This document shows, one piece after another, positions 25,934 through 37,379 of a stretch of DNA of 64,000 bases. Location: NCBI RefSeq assembly GCF_963921235.1, contig NC_086108.1, positions 31,312,001-31,376,000 on the forward strand. Direction: 5' to 3'. A model generated the notes under the pieces. That model saw only the letters and a program-made list of their open reading frames with translations, did not search any database and had not been told where the DNA came from. Made by a program: the position numbers and the translations under genes. How positions within the stretch are numbered: the stretch's first letter is position 1; every line of letters starts with the position of its first letter. The DNA is from Mobula hypostoma. Lineage: Eukaryota.

Positions 25934-27050
25934 AGATCAGCTCGGCCTCCTCCAGAAGTCCCCAGCATCAGTATGCTGCCAATTCAATTCACCTCACGTG
26001 ATGTCGAGAAACGGCTGAAAGCACTGGATACTGCGAAGACTACGGGCCCAGACAAAATCCCAGCAATAGTCCTGAAGACTTGTGCTCCAGAACTTGCCGC
26101 GTCATGAGCCAGGCTGTTCCGGTACAGCTACAATACCGGCATCTACCCAGCAATGTGGAAAATTGCCCCGTTATGTCCTGTACACAAAAAAACAGGACTA
26201 GTCCAACCCAGCCAATTATCACCCTATCAGCCTACTCTCAATCATCATCAGACTAATGGAAGGGATCATCAACAGTGCTATCATGCAGCACCTACTCAGC
26301 AATTACCTGCTTACGGATCCCAGTTCGGGTTCTGTCAAGTCCACTCAGCTCCTGATCTACCTCCTTGGTCCAAACATGGAACGAAGAGCTAAATACCAGG
26401 GGTGAGGTGAGAGTGATAGCCCTCGACATCAAGGCAGCATTTGACCGAGTATGGCGTCAAGGTGCCCAAGCTAAAATGGAGTCAATGGGAATTCGGGGGG
26501 AAACCCTCTACTGGTTGGAATCATACCTGACACAAAGGAAGATGGTTGTGGTGGTTGGAGGTCAGTCATCTCAGCCTCAGGACATCACTGCAGGAGTTCC
26601 TCAGGGAAGTGTCTGAGGACCGACCATCTTCAGCTGCTTCATCAATGACCTTCCTTCCGTCATAAGGTCAGAAGTGGGGATGTTCACAGATGGCTGCACA
26701 ATGTTTTGCACCACTCGTGACTCCTCAGATAGTGAAGCAGTTCATATGCAAATGCATCAGGACCTGGACAATATCCAGGCCGGGGCTGACAAATGGCAAG
26801 TAACATTTAAGCCATGCAAGTGTCGGGCAAAGACCATCTCCAACAAGAGAGGCTCTAACCATCATCTCCTGACACTCAGTGGCATCACCATCACTGAGTC
26901 CCCTACTATCAACATTCTGGGGGGTTACCATTGACAGGAAACTGAGCTGGTCTAGCCATATAAACACCGTGGCTACCAAAGCAGGTCAAAGGCTAGGAAT
27001 CCTGCCGTGCGTAACTCACCTCATGACTCCCCAAAGCCTGTCCAGCCTGC
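25934..27050 (+). mobile_element. CR1/L2-group LINE RT fragment (family distinct from the main CR1s)
   Basis: GPDKIPAIVLKTCAPELA, ALDIKAAFDRVW, GVPQGSV, MFTDG; related relics at ~14440-14720 and ~21200-21780. Confidence 0.85.
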
Positions 27051-28544
27051 AAGTAATTGGTTAAATTTTAAGCGGAAGTTGATAACTTCCTGATTAATAA
27101 GGGTGTCAAAGGTTTGAAGTAGAAGACGGGAGAATGCGAAGGATAATTGATCAGCATGATTGAATTGCGGAGCAGACTTGATGGGCCAAATGGCCTTATT
27201 TTGCTCCTACGTCTTATGGCCTTGTGCAATTCTGGATGCCGGATAAAGAACCCACCTTTCCCACCTTTGCACAAAAGCTGTTGTTTTCCTAAAATCTGCT
27301 TCTGAGGAAACATTCCTCATTGAAGAGGACAGCTCAGGGTGCTTCTCCAGCCAAATACCCCAGCAACACACACACACACACATATACCCATGTCCCATAA
27401 GTAAATCACCAAAAGTAATCTGCCCACCTTTAAGAGTGCAGTATCTCAGCAGCTCATTAGAAATATAAACACAAAGGTAGTGGGTTAAGCACTCATTGTG
27501 AAAGAATCAGCCTAACGGTAAAAAAGCATAGCTGCATATGGTAACCACAGAATGGTCTTCCCACTGTTCACGCAGCTGAAGCCAATACCAGGAACCTTTA
27601 AAGGTCTGTTCTGATAGTCAAAGACCCGCTTCCCAAATCACATTCTGGATTCAGTCCATATAGAGGTACACAAACATCAATGCACAAGAACTTCAGGTAA
27701 AATACCAGCCACTAAACCAACTTTCACTCGGGCATTTCACTTTATCAATTTAAAGTGTTAGTGGAATTCCCTCTCAAATTCAGAACCAACCTCAATGAAG
27801 AAAATGTCAGATGAGGCTGAGACATTGTCACAACGCATTTTTTTTACATTTTTTCTCACCGCATCTGTAGAAAAACTCTGTGGTGGTTGAATCAATCTTC
27901 AGAACCAATGGGAACTGGTTAACCTTTGGTGAATAATCTCTAGGTCCGAGGCCACGTGTATCTGAGTAGGTAAGTTGCTGTATACAGGCAATACTTGTAT
28001 TTGCACCCACCCAGAATTTCATATCATCATCAAAGCAGTTTGTAAAGCATGGGTCATACGCTCAACATCTGCAAGATCCCCGCTATGCAACACAGCCCTC
28101 CGACAGTAAAAGTTTATTATAAAAGCTCTTCCCCTATCTCAGGATGAAATTCACCTTTGACTTCATTGAGCCAGCACAGTCCTTGATTGATTTGAGAAAA
28201 AGAGTGTTCGAAGATGCAGACATGACACAAAATTCATGATCCACCATCAGCAGCAGTAAGACCTGGGCAAATCAAAATATTGGAAAAATATCACCATTAC
28301 TCTCTGTGCTAAATCTTCCAAATCCACAAGAGGAATAAGAAACCAGTGTTCTCTCCAAGGCCAACAACTCTGATTATACTCCTTTGCCTACATTAGGATG
28401 CCACATTGCTTGCACCCCCTACCTTGAACTCCAACAGAGCAGATGCTTTGCTCTAAGTCCCATAAAAAGAAAAGCTTCCTGGTGGGCAGAGGATTTAAAC
28501 ATGAAAAAATGCAACATCCCCACTCACTCCCCAGAACTTCAGGC

Positions 28545-28760
28545 CCAAAGACACTCAAGGTAGATGGACTGTATTTGGGATTTCATTGAGAAATGTAAAT
28601 CCATGCACCAGAAGCACACACAGAGGACAACAGGAAGTGTCCGGCCTCCAAGATTGCCCAATTGCCTGCGCAGTCAGCCATCTCCTGCCCCTTCTGTGGC
28701 AGTGTCTGTGACTCCCACATTGGCCTCTTCAGACACCTGCAAACCAGACTGATCCTATTT
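28545..28760 (+). mobile_element. RTE LINE 3'-terminal relic
   Basis: Translates CPFCGSVCDSHIGLFRHLQT, like the RTE C-terminal C2H2 motif. Confidence 0.55.
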
Positions 28761-28828
28761 TGAGGGAGGGTAGAACAAGAAATCTGTCAGTCAAAAAAAA
28801 AGGAAGATGGAGGAGAGGAGATGATCGA

Positions 28829-29482
28829 AGGAGGGAGGTGAAGATGGCGGCGTGATGCCACACGCACGGCCGTTCCGAATGAATAGCGATATGTGTAACT
28901 AGGGGTGCCGTGCACAATCCAGATTTGATGGGGACAGCCGTGAGGAGCGCAGAGGAACATCTGGAGAAAATTCTGAAATGCCTGCTTTGCTGCCGCTGCT
29001 ACTGTGCGATTAAGAATCTCCGGAGACGAAGGCCCCAAATCCCTCGGATTTGCGTATCGCCTGTTGCCGGGGCTGGGGTCGAAACGCTCGGCAGAGGTGG
29101 TGCTCGGTGCTTGGTGTCGAATAGGTGGTCGGAGGCTCGGAGTTTTTCGGATGGGCTCCGAGTCGGACTGTGGTCGGATGCTTCCGGGATGCTGCACTGG
29201 CAGTTGGTGGTGCTGGAGGTTTACTGTCTGCGTGAGATGATGGGACTTTCGAGAGACTCTGAGACTTTTACTGCCCCATGGTCTGTTCTTATCAAATTAC
29301 GGTATTGCTTTGCACTGTTGTAACTATATGTTATAATTATGTGGTTTTTGTTAGTTTTTACGTCGGTTTGTCACGTGTGTTCATGATATCATTCTGGAAA
29401 AACATTTTTATCATTTCTTAATGCATGCATTACTAAATGACAATAAAAGGGGACTGCGTGTCCTCATAATCATAATCATAAT
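28829..29482 (+). mobile_element. ~640-bp SINE-like retroposon, copy 2
   Basis: aggagggaggtgaagatggcggcg head; (cataat)n tail. Confidence 0.88.
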
Positions 29483-29489
29483 ACTAGGT

Positions 29490-31130
29490 AAGCTCCTGCA
29501 ACAAAAAGCCAACAAGGCCCCAGATGGGATGGTCTGCATTGAAGCAAGATACACATAGATGATGGATGCATTGACAGTAAGCTACAAATTCTACTAAACT
29601 CTGGAGAAGTCCCAGAGGACTGAAAAATCATAAATGCAATTCCACTATTAAATAAAGCATAGGGGAAAGAGGAAATAATGTGTCACATACTGTATATTCC
29701 GGAATAGGTCAGATGCTTAGAAAGTCACAGAAGACAGAACAAGGAAGAGTACAGCACAAGAAACAAGTCCCTCAACCCACCATATTTGCACCAATCATTA
29801 TGTCAATCTAACCAATCCCATTTTCTACACGTTTGTATTCTTCTATTCTCTACAAATCTATGTGTATGCAAATACCTTTTAAATGCTGCTTTGCTATCTG
29901 CTTCTACCACCTTTCCTCATTTCACTAGTCATGAGACAATCAATCAAGCATTCTGAAATGGAAATCATGTTTGATACATTTATTATAATTCTTTGAGGTA
30001 ATAACCAATAGTGTCGATAAAGGGGCACAAGCGAATGTGGTGCATTCAGATTTCCAGAAGACATTGGTTTATGTTCTATATAAAAGGTTACAGCACAAAA
30101 CTAGAGACCTTGAGTTGGAGTAATATACTGGCATTGATAGGGGAGTGACTATTAACAGAAAATGAAGATTGAAGAAAATACATTGTTTTCAGATTGTAAT
30201 GAGTAACTAGTGGGGGTGCCGCAGAAATCAGTGCTGGGACCTGTTATTTATAACCGAGATTAATTGCATGAATAAAGGATCAATTGCTGCTAAAACAAAT
30301 AAGGATGGATTTGCAAAATAAGAGGAGGTTGCAGGGAGACATTGACAGATTAAGCAAGTCGACAAGAAATTGACAGTTGGGCATGATGCATAAAAGAGTT
30401 AGGTTATCCATTCTGGATAGAAGAAAAAGAAGTCTATTATTATTCAATGGAGTGAGATGATAGAATACCATACTAAAAAGAGATCGGGGTCAAGGTACAC
30501 GAAACACAATGGAGTTGCAACAAGTAATGAGGCAGGCTAATGGATCATTTGTTGCAAACAGTATGGAATATAGAAAAGGAGAATCTTTTTTGTGATTTTA
30601 CTCACCTGGAATATATACATTTTGTTCTCCACATTTATGAAATGTGCTTGGCCTGGAACTGGTACAGAAAAGCTTATAATGTTGAAGAACTGACATAACA
30701 AAAGATTAAGCAGACTACTTTTTATTCATTAGAATTTAGGAGACTATTGGGGTGATCCTTTTGAAAGACATATAAATTGGAGGGATAGAGACTAGGTGGA
30801 GGTTGAGAGGATGTTTCCTCTTTTGGGATATCTAGGATTTGGGGGGAAGAGCTGCAGAATAAAGGTTCACACGTTTATGATGAAATTGAGCAGTAATTCT
30901 TTCTCTCAATAGGTTGTTCTGAGAAAATTTTCCACCTATACATTTGTGGGTATGGAATCACTGAATATATTCAAGGTGTAGTTTGGCAAATATTTCAGCA
31001 ATAAAGCTTGCAAAAGTATGAAGAGTAAGTGGGCAAGTGTGTGAGGTTAATATTGGAATGGCTCTGATCTTAATCAACGGTGGAGCAGATGAGGGATTGG
31101 TTAACACATTCCCATTCCTGTTTTTATGTG
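29490..31130 (+). mobile_element. Highly decayed CR1 ORF2
   Basis: Relics gatttccagaagacatt, tagtgggggtgccgcagaaatcagtgctggga, ttagaatttaggagact. Confidence 0.6.
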
Positions 31131-31631
31131 ATCCATTGTTGTTATATGGTTGTTGTGGATATCATGGCAGATCCAGTTTGGTTTGGCCCAATTACTTCAC
31201 ATTTCTCATTGAAAGATATACTGTCACTTAAATAAAACTTTAAAATGTTGTTACAGATGTATTATTGTGATTTTGGGGAAATTTCCAAAACCTCATTCCA
31301 AGAACAGTCAGCTCCAAACACAAAATACAAGGCAGATATATTGGGTGCATGGGGAAATCCCCACTGCTCTTCTATAAAGTTTGAAAGTAACACTTAATGT
31401 GACAAGGAAAAACTTACTAGGTAAAAGATACTTGTCTTTCTGGATAGTAAGTTCCTACAGATGAAAAGATGGATAAACTTGTTTTTAGTTGCAGTGGTTA
31501 GGAAAGACTGATGGCTAAACACTGAGATTACAAATTCATATAAGCATACCGCACAGAAAATAGCCCTTCGGACCACCAATTCAATGCTGGCCATCAATTT
31601 GCAGTGATCAGTTAACCTACTGACCTATTGT

Positions 31632-31758
31632 GAACACAAAATACTCTGCAGATGCTGGGGTCAAAGCAACACTCACAACATGCTGGAGGAACTCAGCAGG
31701 TCAGGCAGCATCCGTGGAAACAATCAGTCAATGTTTCGGGCCGGAACCCTTTGTCAGG
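31632..31758 (-). mobile_element. Mini PLE-derived element (hammerhead + tail), inserted in a SINE
   Basis: TSD actgaccta(t/c)tgt at 31619-31631 and 31759-31771; same family as 2747-2963. Confidence 0.75.
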
Positions 31759-31816
31759 ACTGACCTACTGTACGTGTCTTTGGAGTGTGGGAGGAAACTG
31801 GACCACCCAGAGGAAA

Positions 31817-32742
31817 CTGACTGGCTGCAGTTAACTAGTGCTGTTCCACAGGAACCCCTGTTAAGACCACTTCTTTTTACATTGAGTGTCAATGATTTGG
31901 GTATGGAATTGACGGCTTTGTGGCCACGTTTGCGAATGATACTCAGACTAGTGGAGAAACAGATTAGGAGAATGGGTAAAGAGGTGTCAAATGGAATACA
32001 GTGTTGGTAGAAGGAATAAATGCATAAACTATTTTCTAACTGGGGAGGAAATTCAAAAATCCAAGGTAAATATGGACTTGGGAGTCGTCATGCAGAATTC
32101 CCTGAAGGTTAATTTGCAGGTTGAGTTTGTGGAAGGAAGACAAATGCAATGTTAGCGTTCAGTTCAAGAGGACTAGAATATAAAAGCAAGGATATAATGC
32201 TGAGGATTTATAAGGCATTGGGCAGATAGCACTTGGAGTACGTTAGCAGTTTTGGGGTCCTTATCTAAGAAAGGATGTACTGGCATTGAAGAGAGTTCAT
32301 AGGAAGTTCACCAGAATGATCCAAGGAATGAAATTATTAATATTTGAGGAGTGCTTGGTGGCTCTGGACCTGTACTCATTGGAGTTTATAAGAATGGTGG
32401 GGGTGGGGAGGAATCTCACTGAAACCTATTGACTATTGAATGTCCTAGACTGAGTGGACATGGAGAAGATGTTTCCTATTGTGGGGGAGTCCAGGACCAC
32501 AGGACAGAGCCTCAGAATAGAGATGAGGAATTTCTTAGCTGGACGGTAGTGAATCTGTCGAATTTACTGCCACGGACGGCTGTGAAGGTTAAATCATTGG
32601 ATATATTTAAAGTGGAGATTCTTGGTTAGTAGGGTGTCAAGGTTACGGGGAGAATACAGGAGAATGGGGTTGAGAAGGATAATAAATCAGCGATGAAGCA
32701 CAATGGGTCGAGTGGCCTAATTCTGCTCCTACGTCTTATAGC
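31817..32742 (+). mobile_element. CR1 3' fragment
   Basis: WLQLTSAVPQ..., gaggactagaatataaaagcaagg, CR1 3' UTR. Confidence 0.85.
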
Positions 32743-34574
32743 CTTGCGGCTATGAGCCCACTCTGGCTAAGCTGTAAGTGGGCTGTTTTCTGCAGTACTC
32801 ACGTGTATAATTGATGTGTGTGTATAATGTACATACCCATATACACATGCAGACATGTCTGTTGCTTGGCTGTGCAAAGCTGATGTTCCCTTATAAGTAC
32901 ACCCTGTGGAAATGCACTATTGGGGTGCATTTTGACAGCATTCTACAAATAGAATGCCAGTATATTACAGTTTATGATGCCTTGATCTGCAAGAAACTTT
33001 GAAAAGATCACTATCAGAAAAGAAACAAAAAATGCAATGTAACTTCTTGAGCTGATAGGGAGCTAACATCCACTATGCATCAATTCTATTGATGTAAACT
33101 GCACAGTATGTATGTACATCTTGACACCTTAAGCAATATGTTAATGTCATTTTCATATATGAATGGAAAATGTCCTTTCACCAATGTTGTTTGCGATGTT
33201 GTCTGCACTTTTTGTGAAAGGTCATCCTCCACGCAGATTGCGTATATTTAATATTTCCAAGGGCATTATCGATCTAAGTGCCTTGTATTATTGTCAAGAT
33301 AACCTTTTGATCACACTGGCTATTTGAGAATTCCACTAAACATGATTCACGTGCTGATGGAAATAGCTGAAACACTTGAGCTGTTAATTTTCTGAACACA
33401 AATGCTTTCTGGCTTCCTGAATCTTGCCAGCATCATCAGTAGTTATTTCAGATCTTCATCTTCTGTAGTCTTTTGCATAGGTTTGACACTTTGGCTTTCT
33501 GTGCTCTCAGCTGAACTAAAGCACAGGAAGTGTGAAGTTTTATTTCACTAGATGCCCTGAGGCTTTGCACCTATTCAGCTCATTGGGCCACATTAACTTA
33601 TGACTACCCATAGGAATGCCTTGTCCATCAACTGTGAACATGTTTAAAAGTACTCCACTTCAACTTTCCTTCGAGGCTGTCAAATTTGTCCTTTTCACTT
33701 ACATGTCTAATCCCCTATTCAAAGGCATTATCAAAGCTGTTTCCACCACTGTGTCAGTTTGTTACAACTTACTATAACAATTTTAGTAAGTCTTGTTAAA
33801 AATCAGATGTATAGTAAACTAAGGTAGAATAGCATTACTATCAGATAGGAGAGGCAATTCAGCCCATCCAGGGTGCGCCAGCTACTGGCAAAGTCCTTGC
33901 CAATCTTGTTGCCTTGCCGACTAATCTCTCACCATTGCCTATCCAACTCCTTTTTAAACATATTTTCTAGTTCTGTTTCCCTCACCCCCAAAAAAGCAAT
34001 CAGTATCAGCTGACACCAGTGAATACCTTTTGAATAAAAAATATCTCACATCTATCTTGCTGCTGTGTTAAAAGTCAGGTGCTCACCAGCCCTTGAACCA
34101 ACAATAAATGGGAACAGCTTCCATCCATTTACCCTACAGCTATCATTATAGTTGGAATTTGGCAATCAGAAGGCAAGGGAAGATTAGAGTCACAGAGTCA
34201 TAAATCATAGAGCTCAGCAATGCCTAAATTTAGCTCAGTATTCTTCCATTCATTGGTTCTGTCTATCTGCTTAAAAAAACATGGATTGCAAGAATAATCT
34301 GGGAAGTTGTTCTTATCACTTTAGAGTCTTCTATCAGATTTGTATCTGCTAGGTGTTTACCACGTGCTCTAAGCAGGAGCAGTATATCACTAATGGCAGC
34401 TTTTAGGCTAACCTTGGTTAAGCCTGCTGCTCATCCATGCTGCAGTCCCCACCCAGCATCAAAGATTTACCCACACTCCTGCTGACATTTGTGACTAATC
34501 CAGTTGGAGCTTGAGACTTGGCTTGTATATATTCATCAGGGATCACAGAGCAGGCCTTAAGTTGCAATTAGATC

Positions 34575-34650
34575 TTCTCTCACTCTCTCTCTCTATCTCT
34601 CTCCCATTTTCTCTCTATATATATCTCTATCTTTCTCTCTATCCCTCTCT
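34575..34650. repeat. (CT)n-rich microsatellite
   Basis: ctctctctctctctatctctct... Confidence 0.8.
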
Positions 34651-35115
34651 CAATGGGGCTGTGGGGAGTCTGCTGGTTTTCTGGTTGGGTGAGCTCGAAT
34701 GAGCATCACTTCACTGCAACGTTAAGACAGTGCTCTGTTGGTTTTACCTCTCACTGAAAAGGTGACACCACTCTGTCCCTTGTTAGTGAAAGGGATAACC
34801 TCTGGCATGTTAAGGTGCTAGGCTATGGACTGTAGTTTTTGATGGACCTGGATCATGGTCTCCCTGGGGGCTTTACTATTGCTTGCTTGGTGGGTGGCAG
34901 GCACTTTCTGCTGGAACAAGTGGGTGGAGGGGGACAGGGAGGGTTGATGCTTTGCTGCTACATGTACGTGGGAAGGACTTTAGGGTTCTAACAGTTCTCT
35001 GTCATTCGTTCTTTGGGGTTTTCTTCTGTTTCGTGCAGGTCTGAGAATCAGGTTGTATGCTGTATACATTCTGTAAATATTAATTGGAACCTTTGAACCA
35101 TTAAGCCATTGTAAG

Positions 35116-35791
35116 TGGAACACCCTGGTAAAGGTTTCACTGCTAACATTGTAGGGTATTTCATGTAATGGTGTTTCTGTAGAAGCAGCATTTGGGTTAT
35201 TGTTAGAGATAATGAGTGCTTTGGAATCCAAGCAGGATAGAAGGCTGGGGGAGCAGGGTATTTTTCGTGTTTGGCACCAGTGTGAACCTTTGTCTTTGTT
35301 TGGTGGAAGATGAAGAGAGAAGATGCTGGAGGAAACTGGTTGTAGGATTCGATCCCGTGGGTCTGTGATTCGATGGAGCAAGGTGCAGGAGTCTACTGAG
35401 GATTGGTGAATATGGCTTTTGGAATAGTTGGGTTCCAACCTGTGCACATTTGTCTGTTTAATTATAATGGGCCCTTTTCGTGTTTTTTTTTCTTTCTTTT
35501 CTTTGCTAAGCCTTCAGTTAAGCTAATATTTATAAATATACTTCCTTTAATCATATGCAGTGTGCGGTCTGTTATTTCCTGGCAACAAGCTGTAACAGGG
35601 CAGCTTATCACACAGCATTCACACAAACCGAGGCATGGGTGGGAGAGACATCCTAATCTCATGGATTTGGTAGGACGGGAGTGTGTATTTCCAAGACATG
35701 CATGGCCGGAGGATGGTGGGTCTTTCAGCGCTGAGTTGGGAGACTGCCAGCGAGAGCTAACTAGCTGTTTCCTGTGAAGAAAGGGGCTTCA
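35116..35791 (+). repeat. 5' LTR
   Basis: tggaacaccctggtaaaggtttcactgctaacattgtagggtatttca ... gaagaaaggggcttca; homologous to 39790-40426. Confidence 0.88.
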
Positions 35792-35794
35792 TTG

Positions 35795-35812
35795 TGGGGG
35801 CTCATCTGGGAT
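35795..35812 (+). promoter_or_regulatory. Primer-binding site, tRNA-Pro type
   Basis: tgggggctcatctgggat versus canonical TGGGGGCTCGTCCGGGAT; two CpG-type mismatches; 3 nt after the LTR. Confidence 0.85.
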
Positions 35813-35917
35813 TGAGTTTGTTGGGTGCTGTGTGATTGCTCTGAGCATGATCAAGTGGGTTGTGCATTTAAGCCTGCAATAAACTACTATCCAGTAAAGT
35901 GATTAAGATACACTGTT

Positions 35918-37300
35918 ATGGATGCTGCAGGGATTGAGATATGGTGTGAATCAATGGGATTACCTGTAGCTAATGCTTGTGTATTGAGTGGAGTGGATAT
36001 TTGTAGCCCAGATGAATTGTTGTTTAGGATGTTAAGTACTGTTAAAGCATTAGGGACAGTTATGATCATGGAGCGGAGATTTGACAGAATGGTGGGCAAA
36101 GATTTCATTTTAGTCAGACTAGCGCTGACGTAACGGCAGAGGACCTGCTCGGTACTATTGAGGCCCTGGGAGGGGCGGAATGGGGCATGGGCTATCCATG
36201 CTTTCCGAGAAGAGGGGAGCGTAGGCGAGGGTGCCGAATCAAGAGCCAAGTTTCCTGTAGCTGGGGGTAGAGACTTTAAAGGCAAGTTGCTGTGGAGTGA
36301 GGGGAAGGAGTGATCTGATGTGGAAGGTCTAATGAATCCTCCAGTGAGGGGTGAGAATTCTGAGTTGGTATCAGTCCTTACATCCCTGGTGAATAAAAGG
36401 CCAAATGCACCGGTGGAGAGTGCCAGTTATCACAGGCTAAGGATGTGCTCGGGGGCAAAGCCCACTCCCGACGAGGAGGAGCAGACATCTCAGATGCTGG
36501 ATGAGTAGCAGTGCTCTGATGAGGTAAAAAGCCAGCAACTGGTAGAAAGTCTAAGAGGTCTGGCTGCCGAAGCAGTGAGATGCTCAATGGCAGAGAACAC
36601 TTTGGCTACTTCCACAGGCTACATGCAAGCACTAGAAAATGTTTTTGGCACAAGTGGAAGCCCAATGGAGCTTACGATGAGATTTCAGAACATGCTTCAG
36701 GAGAAGTGGAAGAAACCGTCCGCCTACATTTTTCACCTTAGAGAGGCAGCTGGGTTGCTTGCAGAGTGGGAGGGGCGGGGGCATCCAAACGGCTGAGGTG
36801 AATCAGTTAAGGATGGACCAAGTGACAAAAGGCGCATAGTCACAGGGCATATTTGCTTGCGGCCTCCAAATGTCTTGTAAGGCGCGCCCCTCCCCCTCTC
36901 CCCCCCATTTGTTGAGCTGATCAGAGAAGTAAGAGAGGAGGAGAACGCAATGGAGGATCGGGAGGCCTCCGTCAGCAGGGTACAGCCTCAACGGTAGTCA
37001 TTGTTGCTGAAGTGACCCCTGACGTCCCACAACCAAGTGTTAAAGCAGTTTGTGGTAGAATTTAGAACTGAAGTGTCCCAGATGTGGCCACCAAGCATAC
37101 CAAAGCCAACAGGGAGTTGGACCCACTGAAGGTACGTACTAAGCAGAGGGCTGCTGTTAAATGGAGTCCCATGAAAAGGGGAGCAACCAGTACTGTCTGT
37201 TATAACTGTGATGAGAAGGGACACTTCAGACGGGAGTGTGAAGGATGAGAAAACTTTCAGGTACTTAAGCAGAGAGGGACGTTGAGAAACTTAGAAGAGA
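35918..37300 (+). pseudogene. gag: PNMA/Ma-like gag pseudogene with CCHC zinc knuckle
   Basis: MDAAGIEIWCESMGL..ACVLSGV; YHRLRMCSGAKPTPDEEE; YMQALENVFG; CYNCDEKGHFRREC at 37198-37239; stops and frameshifts. Confidence 0.8.
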
Positions 37301-37379
37301 CCCGGCGAGGGTACGGCCTGGCATCTTGGGGGAACACCTTCCAATCAATATATCAAGGAACACACTAAAGCAAAAAAAA

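Noticed and set aside
28787..29323. ORFs of 100-146 aa in the ~640-bp retroposon copies
   Set aside because: Frames shift between copies and no domain is recognisable; consistent with GC-rich non-coding sequence
34650..35102. Possible second non-autonomous Rex-tailed element ending gaacctttgaaccatt
   Set aside because: Single copy in the window; boundaries and family cannot be established
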